Part shown: positions 39,966 through 52,660 of the stretch, piece after piece | How the letters are laid out: each line of letters starts with the position of its first letter | How positions within the stretch are numbered: position 1 is the stretch's first letter | Assembly: GCA_038496445.1 (NCBI GenBank) | Contig: JALMLS010000143.1 | Location: 448,508 to 512,507, forward strand | Direction: 5' to 3' | DNA length: 64,000 bases | Source: Trichosphaerium sp. ATCC 40318 | Taxonomy: Eukaryota; Protista; Tubulinea | Position numbers and translations under genes: made by a program | Notes under the pieces: generated by a model | The model's input: only the letters and a program-made list of their open reading frames with translations | Database searches by the model: none | Told to the model about the DNA's origin: nothing

Positions 39966-41311
39966 TTAAAAGTCAGCGTTCATTACGAACATGTGGTTAG
40001 AACCACTATCAGTGGCCTTATCACCAAGCGCTACGCCGGTCTTTTGATACTCCGAAACACGCTTCTCGAAGAAGTTTGTCTTACCCTAAGAAGTACAAGT
40101 TAGTAAACAGCCACTCGAGGTAAACAAAAAAAAAAGTGTCGGTTGCAAAAAGTAACTAAAAAGTTACGCGGTGAAAACAGATAACACGTGAAAAAATTAC
40201 GCCTTACGCAATCCGTAAGGTTACGATAAGACAAAAGAGAAAAAGAAACAACTTTGTGAACCAAGAAATAACGTACAGGAAGTGAGATGAGTTCCATCCA
40301 GTCGAAAGGATTTTTGGCATTGTACAATTTAGGATATCCAAGAGCAACGATGAGACGATCAGCGACGAATTCGATGTAAGTTCTCATCATATCAGAGTTC
40401 ATACCTGTTTGAAAAAAAAAAAGTTAGAGTCTAAAGAAAATAAAGGGTTTCAAGAAAAAGAAACAGTAGAAACGGATTAAATAACGTACCGATTAGTTTT
40501 ACAGGCAAAGAATCGCAAATAAACTCTTGTTCACACTCAACAGCGTTTCCAATGATCTTAGAGCGTATGTTAGTGTTAAAATTCCTGTAAAAAAACTTTG
40601 TGCCAAAAGTACCTCGTAAATTTTCTCAGCTGGTAATTTGTTGATGAGTTGAGAGTATAACAAGCAGGCGAAATCACAGTGTAATCCTTCGTCGCGGGAA
40701 ATGAGTTCGTTCGAAAATGTTAAACCAGGCATTAGATTTCGCTTCTTGAGCCAAAATACGGCACAGAAGGAGCCAGAGAAGAATATACCCTCAACTGCAG
40801 CGAAAGCGACTAAACGTTCGGCAAAAGAGGTTTCTTCGCTATTAATCCAGTTGGTAGCCCAATCAGCCTTCTTTTTGATGCATGGGATGTGATCAATAGC
40901 ATTAAAGAGCTCGTTGCGTTCTTTGGCGTCACGAATGTAGGTATCGATTAAGAGGGAGTAGGTTTCGCTGTGGATGTTCTCAATGGCAATTTGAAAGCCA
41001 TAGAAGCATCTAGCTTCTGGTGATTGTACTTCCTTCATGAAACGGACAGCGAGGTTCTCGAGGACAATACCGTCGGATGCAGCGAAGAAAGCGAGGACGT
41101 ATTTGATGAAATGTCTCTCGTTATCGTTGAGTTTTTGGCTCCAGTCTTTGATGTCGGTATGGAGATCAATCTCTTCAGCAGTCCAGAAGGAGGCTTCTGC
41201 TTTCTTGTACAACCGCCATACGGCATCGTTTTTGATAGGGAACAAGACAAAGCGTCCTGGGTTCTCTTTGAGTAGAGGTTCGTTCTTCTCAGCAAGTTTA
41301 ATAGCGTTCAT
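39966..41311 (-). CDS. RRM2: Ribonucleotide reductase class I small subunit (R2)
   Basis: [44 protein letters not shown] and [13 protein letters not shown]; ends MNADF*. Confidence 0.97.
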
Positions 41312-41461
41312 TTTTTGGAGTTGTGTTACTAGCCGTTGTAATTAGCGGTATTTTGAATTTACGAATTTGCCGGTCAAATGCCAATTCCACGCTTTTTTCT
41401 TTGTGGCGCCAAAATATCACTTATCGTTATAACCAATCCTACTTGACCACACTTCTCGAAC
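41312..41461. promoter_or_regulatory. Bidirectional RRM2/RRM1 promoter with E2F-like, CCAAT and CHR-like motifs
   Basis: 150 bp between divergent ATGs; TGGCGCCAAAA at 41404-41414, CCAAT at 41381 and 41433, TTTGAA at 41352. Confidence 0.65.
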
Positions 41462-44400
41462 ATGTCAATGTTCGTAGTAAAGCGGGATGGCGAAAGACAG
41501 AAAGTACGTGGTTGTTTTTCCTACTCCCAAACTTTTGGATATAAAACTTTCCTCCGCAAGTTTCTACGCTCGTATTAATCTATTTAACGCTAGGTTGCTT
41601 TCGACAAAATTACAAAGCGTTTAGAAAACCTTTGCCTCAACATAGAGCCTGTTTTGAAGCCTGATGATGTAGATCCTACCATTGTCGCTCAAAAAGTAAC
41701 TGCTGGTGTATACTCCGGTGTTACAACCAGAGAATTAGACAATCTCGCTGCTGAGACAGCCGCTTACATGGCTACAACTCATCCTGGTACGCGCCAAAAA
41801 TTACACGTTGGCATTCGCAGAAGTAATAACTTTAAACCCAGGATACGGTGCTCTCGCTGCTAGAATTGCTATTTCAAACCTCCACAAAGAGACTGAAGGC
41901 AATTTCGCCAACACAGTTGAAAAAATGTATACCTACATCAACCCTAAGACCCAAGAGAAGTCGCCACTCATCGCTGATGATGTTTACAAAATAGTAATGG
42001 ATAACAAAGACAAACTTGAAGCTGCTATTGATTACAACCGCGATTACCAAGTACGTTTGAGCTTGTAACATCTACAGTTACACTTTGAACCCTTTTTTTA
42101 CATTATCTAACGGCTTTTTTTGTAGTACGACTTTTTCGGTATTAAGACCTTGGAGCGCTCGTACTTGATCAGACTCAGCGGTGTTATCGTAGAACGCCCA
42201 CAACACATGCTTGTACGTTAAAATAACACTTTTTGTAGAATTAAAATTTTTTGTTTTGTCTTTTTTTCAGCTGTAACTAATGACTATTGCAGATGCGTGT
42301 TGCTGTTGGTATCCATAAAGAATCTATTGAAGATGTATTGGAAACATACGACAAAATGTCTCGTATGTTGTACACGCACGCTACACCAACTCTATTCAAC
42401 TCTGGTACGCTCAATCTCTTATTATCTTCACAAGCAACCTTCAACAGCTTATTTCCCGCTTTTTTTTTCTCGCACCATTTGTCCGCTACTCACTCTACAA
42501 AATAGGCACACCATGCCCTCAAATGTCTTCTTGCTTCCTTTTGGACATGACAGACGATTCTATTGAAGGAATTTACGAAACTCTAAAACGATGCGCACTC
42601 ATCTCTAAAAGTGCTGGTGGTATCGGCCTTGCCATGCACAAGATTCGTGCAAGCAACAGTTACATCAAGGGTACAAACGGTACATCTAACGGAATTGTAC
42701 CTATGTTACGTGTATTCAACGACACTGCACGTTACGTCGATCAAGGTACGATGCCAAACGAGCGTTAACGCCTATCCGTTATTTTTTCTTTTAAAGTTGT
42801 ATCTCTTTGTTTGTTATTGTTCTCGCTCTTACTCTGTGCTTAGGTGGTGGTAAAAGAAAGGGCGCCTTTGCCGTATATTTGGAACCATGGCACGCAGATG
42901 TCTTTGATTTCTTGGACTTGAAAAAGAACCACGGTAAAGAAGAACAACGCGCTCGTGATTTGTTCTACGCTCTATGGATATCCGATTTGTTCATGAAGCG
43001 TTGTGAGAGTAACGGCGACTGGTCATTGTTCTGCCCTAATGAAGCACCTGGCCTCCATGAAGTATGGGGTGAGGAGTTTGAGAAGCTCTACACTCGATAC
43101 GAGAAAGAAGGTACGAATAGATTTTTTTTTTGTTTTTGCTTTTCTTTGGATGTTTTTTCGTTCTTTGTTGTTGACTCTTCATCCAGGACGTGCCAGAAAG
43201 GTTATTAAGGCTCAAAAGCTTTGGTTTGCTATTATGGAATCTCAAATTGAGACTGGTACACCTTACATGATGTACAAGGACGCATGTAACTCAAAGTCAA
43301 ACCAACAAAATCTTGGTACTATCAAGTCTTCCAACTTGTGTACAGAGATTGTTGAGTATACTTCTCCTGATGAGGTACGTTGTGATTAACTATTGCCTTT
43401 GGTCCTGTACTCATGTTTGTATCTTTAGGTTGCTGTATGTAATCTTGCTTCTTTGGCTTTGCCTAAATATGTCGCTGAAGACGGAACTTATGATTATCAA
43501 GCACTTTACGACATCACATACCATGTCACAAAGAATTTGAACAAAATCATCGATGGTAACTACTATCCTGTACCTGAGGCTCGTGTATCCAACATGAAAC
43601 ACAGACCTATCGCTATTGGTGTACAAGTACGTACTTGCGCTTCTCTGCTCTATAAAATGTTCCTCTTTTTTTTGAAGCCATTATTGACTCGTGATTTTAG
43701 GGTCTCGCTGATGTATTCTTGAAACTAAGACACCCTTGGGATTCTGATGAGGCAAGAAAGGTCAACAAGAGAATATTTGAGACCATATACTTTGCCGCTC
43801 TTACTAGCTCCAAAGGTACTTGTCTTAGCGTCTCTATCCAAACTTGTCTTTTTTTCTTATTTGAAACTTTTTTATTTGTTGTTTCTTTTCTAATGCTTCT
43901 TCTCTAGACTTGGCAATCAAAAATGGTGCCTATGAAACGTTTAAAGGATCTCCTGCAGATAAAGGACTCCTACAGTACGATTTGTGGGGCGTTAAGCCTT
44001 CATTCGATAAATGGGACTGGGCTGGACTTAAAGCTGAGATTAAGAAACATGGCTTGCGTAATTCCCTATTGGTAGCTCCTATGCCAACCGCTTCATCATC
44101 TCAGATTCTCGGTAACAATGAATGCTTTGAGCCTTACCACTCGAACATCTTTGTTAGACGTGTTCTTGCAGGTGAATTCATGGTTATCAACAAACATCTT
44201 GTTAACGACTTGTTGAAACTTGGTCTATGGACTGATGATATTCGTAATCAAGTACGACTTTTGTTTTTGAGTTTTTGTCATTTTCTTATTGTGTTGTGGT
44301 TGTATACTTATGCTTTTTGCTCTTAGCTTGTTGCTGATAAGGGATCTGTTCAAAATATCCCAGAAATTCCACAAGAATTACGTGACCTTTATAAGACTAT

Positions 44401-44795
44401 TTGGGAAGTAAAACAAAGAATCATGATTGACCTTGCTGCTGATAGAGGTGCTTTTATTGATCAGTCTCAGAGTTTCAATTGTTTCATTGCAAAGCCTGAT
44501 GTACAGAAACTCACGTCTATGCACTTTTATGGATGGAAAAAGGGATTGAAGACAGGTACGATATTGAGACCTTCTTGTTTTTTATTTTCTTTTTTCTTGT
44601 TTTTTTCCGCCGTTTTTTTGACTTTGTTGTTTAGGAATGTACTACTTGCGTACACAGCCTGCTGCTCATGCTATTCAGTTTACTGTAGATAAACAAAAGC
44701 TTAAAGCACGTGCTGCCGCTGCTGCTGCTGAAGAACCTGAAGTTGTCGGACAAATTTGTAGAATGGAAGAAGGTTGTATTTCATGCGGCTCTTAA
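41462..44795 (+). CDS. RRM1: Ribonucleotide reductase class I large subunit (R1), multi-exon
   Basis: ATP cone [67 protein letters not shown] and C-terminal CISCGS*. Confidence 0.97.
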
Positions 44796-45030
44796 ATGAT
44801 TGGTTTTTTAAATTGTACTATAATTTGCGTATTGTGAATAAAGTGAGTTGTTGTTACTGTCCTTAAAGAACCTTGTATGTTTATCTCTTGGCCTGCAGTC
44901 CTTTTTTTATATTACTTCATCACTCGCGATAGTCACGTGATCTAAAATGGTACTTGTAAAGGATGAAATGGGAAGTCAATCTTGAAACAGCTTAATATTC
45001 ATTTTTTTATTTTTGTTATTTGCATAAAAA

Positions 45031-45362
45031 CTACAAAGAGCATACACTCCAAAATGCAGAAGCTTCATCCATAGCTTCATATAATCCGTCCCAATCAGAA
45101 GGAGGACAAGCTCCACGAAAATACATTGATTTTGGATAGTGAGCAAAACAACATGTATAAATATAATTAGCCAAGTCAGCTCGTTGATGTTCATCCTTTC
45201 CATCACCACCAAAAATAAAGGAAACCAGTGGTATTACGTTATTCTCAAGGTTATTTTTTTCTTTTTGCTCATCCTTTTCAGCTGCATTGTATGTCTTTTT
45301 CATCCTGAAAGATGTTGTTTGGCTTGTACCTGGAGTAAATAATGACTTAATTTTTTCTCCAT
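45031..45362 (-). CDS. Hypothetical protein, spliced; 3' end uncertain
   Basis: ATG at 45362, GTACAA donor, exon encoding RADLANYIYTCCFAHYPKSMYFRGACPPSDWDGL. Confidence 0.4.
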
Positions 45363-45699
45363 AGATTTCGTATTGTATCTCTTGTTCTCCTTCTGCTGTT
45401 TCTTTATCACCACTCTTGTAACGGGAGTATGTAAACTTTACAGGGAGCCCAGTAGCAAGAGAGTAAAGATTCCACTACGTAATAATAAGAGGTTTTGTCA
45501 AAACGATAAGAAAAAAAGGGGAAACACTCTTGAGCAAAAACTGTAAGTTTCGAAGTTGCTTGGTAAACGAAATGCGCCTCTTTCTGCCTAAAATACACAT
45601 TGAAATAAGCTCTTTGAAGCGGAGAAACAAAAATAGCGAAACCTAAGCTCATTCTTAGCTTGGTGAAGCACTGACTTTGGATTAAATTTTTCTGCCTTT

Positions 45700-48305
45700 G
45701 GACCAAAAAAGTCAACTATTTTATTGGCAGTGTGGTCGATAGGTTCAAATAGATTATCTTCAGCGTTACCTTGACGTATAAAAATTTCACTGATGTTCGT
45801 TGATAAGCAATTATAGCAAAGTTTATGAGACTGAATAAGAATTCTCAAGTTGATCTCATCTTTCGGAAAAATTCGTCCTATTAACGTTTCACGTAATTGT
45901 AAAGAGTTGCTGATTGGCTTATCAACGGCACAACGATGTCTGTGGTGCATTACCATACTGATGATGACCCATGTTATGGTCCTTCTTGTGGAGAAGTACG
46001 AAGTTGGTTTTTTAACGTAGAAATCCTTATAACGCGGTATTATCGTAGGTGCCCGTAATAGAATACTATCCTATGACAATCAGCACCGTAGCATACCATA
46101 AAACTGCTACATGCGCTTGTAATGCTCCTGAACGACTACAAGAGCCTCTACCAGCGCCAAAGGACAATATATTCCAATATGCCAATTTGACAACATTAAA
46201 AATACGCAACATAGGCATCAAGAGCGCCAATTTCGCCGAAATCAAGGTAAATACCACTATTTTGATGATTCTTAACGTGTTTGTAAGAAACTTCCTGGTT
46301 TGGCCCTCTTAGACATTTCAGGCAACGCAATAGACTCTATAGTACCACCTCCGAGTCTCCCTATATTCAACAGAGTAAATAGTTTCTCTAGGAAGGTGTT
46401 GAAGCGCTGACAACTTTGAAAAACCTCAACGTTTCACATAATTTGATAACATCGCTTCCTTCCAAAATATCATCTCTTACAGGGCTAAGAAAACTCTACA
46501 TCACCAGTAATAAGATTTCATACGTACCTTTGACTCTACTGAAGTTGACAGAACTCTCAGAGTTCGCTGTTGCTAATAATCCTTGGGTTTTCCCTCCGGA
46601 CTACATCATGTCTTCAAGTACGATTAGACAGTATTTGGTCTTCTCAGTATTCTGATGTATGTGTAGCTTTCAAGTATATCAAACAGGCGCTAGAGGTTGT
46701 CAAAGGTATGTTGGGTATTTATGAATGGGTATATAATTGTTTTCTTGTTGTATAGTGCCAGTAGTCGTTGACAAGCCAATGTATTCAGAAAGATTTAAGA
46801 AACTATTTAATTTACAAGTATTTTCTGACAAAACCTTTGATCTTGGAAGTACGACATTTCGCGTTCATTCTGTATGTCGTGCACCACAAAATTAGAAAAA
46901 GAACTTGCGGCTGACTATCTTAGGCATACTTGAAGTCAATTGAACCAGGACTTGAAACTAAAATGTCAAATCTTATTCAAAATGAAGAGATTGATGTCGA
47001 TCAGATGAGTGCTGTATTGACGTTCTTGTACGGAGGTAATAATTGAATACTATTTATCTTTTGGCAACTGGCATGTGCCAACTTATCAACAATTACGCAC
47101 ATCTCACATGACTTACATTTATCGAAAAAAATAGAAATTGTGAAATCCAATGATGTGTCAATACTCGAAGACTTTTCAACACTGTTATCCAGTACGTAAT
47201 TATAGAGACAAAAACGAGATGAAAGTATTTCAGTTCGCCTCGTTACTTTACTTTTAATTTGGTCGTAGAGGTTATCCCTAAAAGCATGGCTGATATTCCT
47301 CTTCAAAACAATGAAATCATGGCAAAGCGAAACAACATCAACCTGACGTAAGTGTACTCAGTATTTAGGTTCTTGATATTGTATAAGCTCCATCTCATCA
47401 TCTATTTAGTCTACAAACTACAGCTGGAGTGTTGCGAGATATAAAAGATGCATACGTGAAACATGAAGAAGCAACAAATTTTTGGCTTTCACCAGAACTT
47501 TTAATTCATAAAACGCTTCACGCCATGTACCTGGATGAATCAACAAAAGATGTGACTTTCACGTTTCCAAATATAACAGAAAAATATAAGGCACATCTTA
47601 TTGTGCTTTATATGTCATCAGAGATCTACAGCACAATGTTTTCTGGAAAGTACTCTGACAGTGAAAAAAGAGAATTTTTTGTACCAGACATTTCTTATGG
47701 TATCTTTGGACACATCTTGAAGTTCATGTAGTACGTTGCTTATGTATATCCTATCATACGTTAATATATCAATAGTGGTTTTGATATTGAATTTACAAGT
47801 GAGAATACAGTTGATTTACTTCAAGCTGCAAATCAGCTTCAACTGGTCAGGTGAGCGAAAAAGAGCAACTAATTTTCCCCGTTTAATTTTCTTCTCATTG
47901 CTCATTGCACACAAAGGTTACAACAAATGGCTGAAGAAGAAATATCTAAGTTTATAGACCATGATAATGCTGCAGGTAAGAATCTTTTAATTGGACTCCA
48001 GTGCTTTGATTAATTTTTTTCTTCTTTTTTTCTTAGGTCTTTTTGAGCTCTGTGATCGATTACATGTTCCTCAATTGAGAAAACAATGTTTACTTTATCT
48101 CATAAGACATGCTGGCGATGCAAGCTTAGATATGGATAAGTTCATGCCAGAAGAGTTGAAAAAAGTTGTTGATTCTGGTTGTGTTGATGTCACGCAATAC
48201 GAATATAAGACTGACTTCTCAGAAAACAGGGAAAAAATAAGAGAGATAGCATCCACCAGCGGAACCTTTCTTCATCATAACATCAACAGAAGGTTCAACT
48301 TCTGA
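45700..48305 (+). CDS. LRR + tandem BTB/POZ domain protein, multi-exon; start uncertain
   Basis: LRRs LKNLNVSHNLITSLP..LRKLYITSNKI; BTB-like VFSDKTF...FRVH and DVTFTF...YKAHLIVLYMSSEIYSTMFSG..ILKFM; BACK-like LRKQCLLYL. Confidence 0.75.
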
Positions 48306-49400
48306 ATTATCAGAAGTTCCTAAACCCAAAATTTTTATTCTTTTTCTTAGTAGAGCAGTAGTCAACTATTTAACAAGTCTACACCCCGAATAAAATATCC
48401 TCAATTTATATTACCGTTGTCAGCCAGAAAACTTTTCTCGCAGCAATTTTAGGTGTAGTAAACTTGTGAACTTCATGTACAACCCTGCCTTTAATTTAAC
48501 GGTACAGACTCAACGGCACGTGAGTAGACTGGGATGAAGGTTGAAGCTAATAACGCGAATTTACAAACTGTGGAAGTTACACAAAAATGTCGCTGTTCGC
48601 AATGTATCTACTACAACTACGTATGCGCCTCAACTAAATATCAATAATGTATGAGCGGTGTAACAAAAATACGTATTTTTATTTACACGTCCACTTGTGG
48701 GCCTATTTACAAAGTGGAACGGTTATTAGAGAAGTTCCTTATTTGTTTTCAACATGTCGTTTGTCTGGATTGTAGTCGTGGTTGGCGCATTGCGCTATGT
48801 TTATGAACTTTAAACCATTGATATAAGAACGAGTTATTGGAGATATCTCGTAAGAATGTTCTCACTACTTTTTAACGAAGAAAAAAAAGGCACTTCAAAT
48901 TTGGTTAAACTGTGATTACCCTTACGCATTACAGGGAAAACATTTCTCATATTGAATTCATAGCTAGCGCACTAGCGGAAGTATCTTGTAAAGTAACGCG
49001 CTAGTAACAGTTTCTCTTTAGAACAACATCATCCGTCCATAGTTGGTCTGACAGACGTTATCTAAAGAGTGGACTATTGCCGGAGAAATTGATAGTACGC
49101 GCCTCGCTTGCCACGTATCGCTTTATTTTATCTTGTCTGTGTGCTAAAGCATAAAACCTGTATTGAGAAGAAAGTTTACTGTCTCGCTCTGTCAGTATGT
49201 CGTGACATGGCAAACGCATATTAAATAACGGGTAATTAGTACCCGATACAGCCGAACCTTTCATTGCCAGGACCGTTACATCGGCGTAGTTGGTCTATCA
49301 AATCACAATTTATTAAAACTTGCAGAAAAAAATCACGTGAACACGTTATTGTACCAAAAAAGGACTCATTATACAAAACACAACACAACAGACGCAACTC

Positions 49401-50297
49401 ATGAACTTACTTATTCTGATTGCGCTAGCTTGTTTTATCGCCGTAACTACTGCACAATGGAACCCAAGGCACCCATCTTGGACTGACAGCTATTCTCGCG
49501 GCGGTAGATGCTGGTGCCGTTCTAGCTTCGATCACGACCTAGATGACATTACAAAAGTTTGGTATGTCATTAACGGCGTAAGAAGAAACATCAGAACAAT
49601 CTGTGAAGAACTCGAGCAGCACCCAAACTACGCAGCATTCAGAGATGGTACCGACCCACCTTACAATGACATTCAATGTGGAAATGGACCAGCAAACACT
49701 GCTGCTGATGAAACAGGTTGTCCTGGAAGAACCGATCTGGGACCAAGCGGATGTAATAACATTGGTGTCACGTGGGACACTACTTGGCTTCAAGGGCGAC
49801 CAATCTTCAACGGCGGCAGCAACACCTTTATTCTTCGCAAAGGTAACTCTAACGGATTTGCTCTTGACGGAGACAGTGGCGCAGCAAACGACCAAAATAT
49901 CTATCTTTGGCAATATGGAGCTTCAAACGTAAACCAACAATTTGAAGAGATCTCAATATCTGGTGGTTTTATCGCCCTCAGGAAGAAGAATACTAACCAT
50001 TGCTTGGACGGAGGTAACGGTGGTGGTAACGGACAGAATCTAAAGTTGTGGGCTTGTGGAACAAGCAACCAAAACCAACACTGGAGGAAGGTACAATAGT
50101 TAATTTTTTTTGCCTTTCAATCTAATTTTTTTGTGTCCAAGGTGTCTCTTGGCGGTGGTAAATATAGACTTGAAAAGAGAAATGCCCCTGCATACTCTAT
50201 CGATGGAGATGGTGGTGGAGCTAATGGACAAAACGTGTACTTGTGGAGTTCAAGTAACACAAACGGAAACCAACAATGGATTTTCGAGACTGTTTAA
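49401..50297 (+). CDS. Secreted protein: Cys-rich N-terminal domain + ricin-B (beta-trefoil) lectin, one intron
   Basis: Signal peptide MNLLILIALACFIAVTTA; SWTDSYS..CWC..FDH..YNDIQCGNGP..CPGR; three LDG..G..N.QN..LW....NQxW-type subrepeats. Confidence 0.8.
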
Positions 50298-50583
50298 TTT
50301 GTTATGCAATAAATTATTTTTAGAATTAATTGTGTAGATGCACGTTACATGGTTTGTTCCTTTCAGAACAGTAGGTGTTAACGATTTTGACTTGTATCAC
50401 TTGGAATGTTGTGATGATAATTTGTGAAGCTGAGTACTGAGAAAATCAAGCAAGCTGTTGGTTACAAGTTTTAGTTTTTTATTAGTTTATCTTTTCTTTT
50501 TTTTCTTTGTTTATTTACACAGATGAACGACGCAATGACCTTGTAGGTGTTATAGAAGCTTTTTTACGTCTTGTCAAACTAGT

Positions 50584-51319
50584 TTACATAAGCAACAATC
50601 CAGCAAATCCAGAAAACCCTTTGTTTATTTCGTACCTCAACTTTCGTTTTGCTTTTGTAAGCATAGACCTTTTATCTTTCCCTGAAGGCTTCCTTTGTGC
50701 TTTTTTGTGTGCAGAGGATACCTTCTTCATCATAGATGTCAAGCAAGGTTTAAACTTTGTATCAGAGGCAGATGTTTCGTAGAACTTCATATTATTTCTA
50801 TTAGCATATTCTTTGCCAGTTTCTAAAGGAACTTGTCTCTTCAGAATCAAGTCGCTCTTGTTCCCAATAAGAAAAACAGGCCTTGTTATACCCAACCTCT
50901 TTAAAATAGTGTTGTACATAGGTATCGCTGAGAATGATGCAGTACTTGTTATATCCTACAGTAGCATATCTTAGTCACGTGAAACTTTGAAGAAAAAAGA
51001 AAATGGCACGTGAAAATACTTAAACGTTTTTTTGCTTTTTGGTTTTTTAGGCTTATTTCGTACGTATACAAGAGCAATCCCTGAGGCTTCGCGTATGAGT
51101 TCCTTTTCATCATCTAATACTGCTAATACGTCTAATTCGCTTACATCGACTACTTCGTGTTCATGTGCTTTGGAACAGTCAAGAGACGCCAACGTTGTTT
51201 TACCTTTAGTAATATTAACCAGTTTTGATAGAAAAGAGCAACGAACCTGCGCCGGTCTCTCCTAGTAGTACAATGCTTATGAATGCGTCTGCTTCTATAC
51301 ATTTAACGTGCTTTGCCAT
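50584..51319 (-). CDS. Divergent Ras-superfamily small GTPase-like protein, 3 exons
   Basis: G1 IVLLGETGAGKTT, LVYDIT, G4 LIGNKSDL and G5 FYETSA; no DTAGQ switch II. Confidence 0.75.
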
Positions 51320-52660
51320 GTGTTGTGTTTTATGTGAGTAAGAAATAAAGAGGCAAGACTACGTTCTGTGAAATGAATTTGGCTTTTCTTGAGCCGTAGT
51401 ATTTTCAGATTATTACCATTATTTGAAGAAACTACAACCAGATTCATCGCATGACGTTTAGAGCTCCTTTTTTCTCGATTCAGTTTATTTGAAGTAATTC
51501 TTCTCTATCACACACGAGAAGGTGATCACGTGATATGTGATTTTACAGGTCATCCGCTGTTCGCTACTATACCGCTGGTGCATGTGAGGAATAAAAGTAA
51601 GAATGAACAAACAGTGGAACAAAACTACAATGCTTCCTTTTCTTGGCAGTTTTTGCAAGCGTTGTAGTAGACATAGACTACCAACTACTTTAACACAATA
51701 ATACTTATTGTAAAATAGAGTATGCTCACAAGACCTCTACCTATCTGTCAGTCATTACAATGTAGTATGAAGTATTTGCGTTAGTAATATTACGTGTACC
51801 AGTTGCCTGTACTGCAACCATTGCGCAATAATAAACTCATAGATACAAGAAGGAACTAAGTTGTACAACTAAGGTGTTTTCTTACGCTCATTGATGAAAT
51901 AGGCATTTAAAAGTATTAAATCATCAACCCTTGATATACTAGCTACTAAAGCGACAAGAGACAAGGGACAAAGGACTAATTCTGGTATGTACAAAACTTA
52001 TACACAATTTCTTTTTATTTGTTGAATCAGACAAGATCATGATTTGTATGATGACGTTTATTAGAGAATTTTTCGCTAAGCAGTTGAATGTGCTGCGGTG
52101 TAAGCACTGCATGCTTTGAATCTACACAGTAAGTATGAGAGCTTAATATAAACCTGTAGCCGTGAGAAAAAATAAATACGTTTTACTTTTTTATTATGAC
52201 GTTATTGTAAAATGTGAAAATCTTCTAGCTAGTTATTTTTGTTCATCATTTATACCTTGAAAGTGTATAAAGAGTAGTAGTGCATCGAACATGATTGTGC
52301 ACACTAAAACGTTAGTCGTGGCTCCGCAAAAAACGTCAAGTTCAGCTTATTGATCTTGATTAGCGATATAAAACGAGTTAACCGCTACAACAACTTATGC
52401 AACAAAACAGCCAGAAATCAACAAAAATGCCATTTCTCATATCTTGTTTTTTTTTTCATAAGTAGTACATTACTGTTTAAGCACTTGACCTGCTCTTAAC
52501 ATTACCTTTTTTGCTGAACAAGTATTTCCTATGATAATTGCATATAATGTACGTGCAAGATAATGAAATACATTAAATCATACAGTTTCAGGTGAGGCTG
52601 CTGTGTCAAACAGAGATCACTATCTCAAGTTGTATGAAGATGTGGTATGAGGAATAACGC

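Noticed and set aside
39966-44795. Viral origin of the adjacent RNR genes
   Set aside because: Both have host-type introns and typical cellular eukaryotic sequences.
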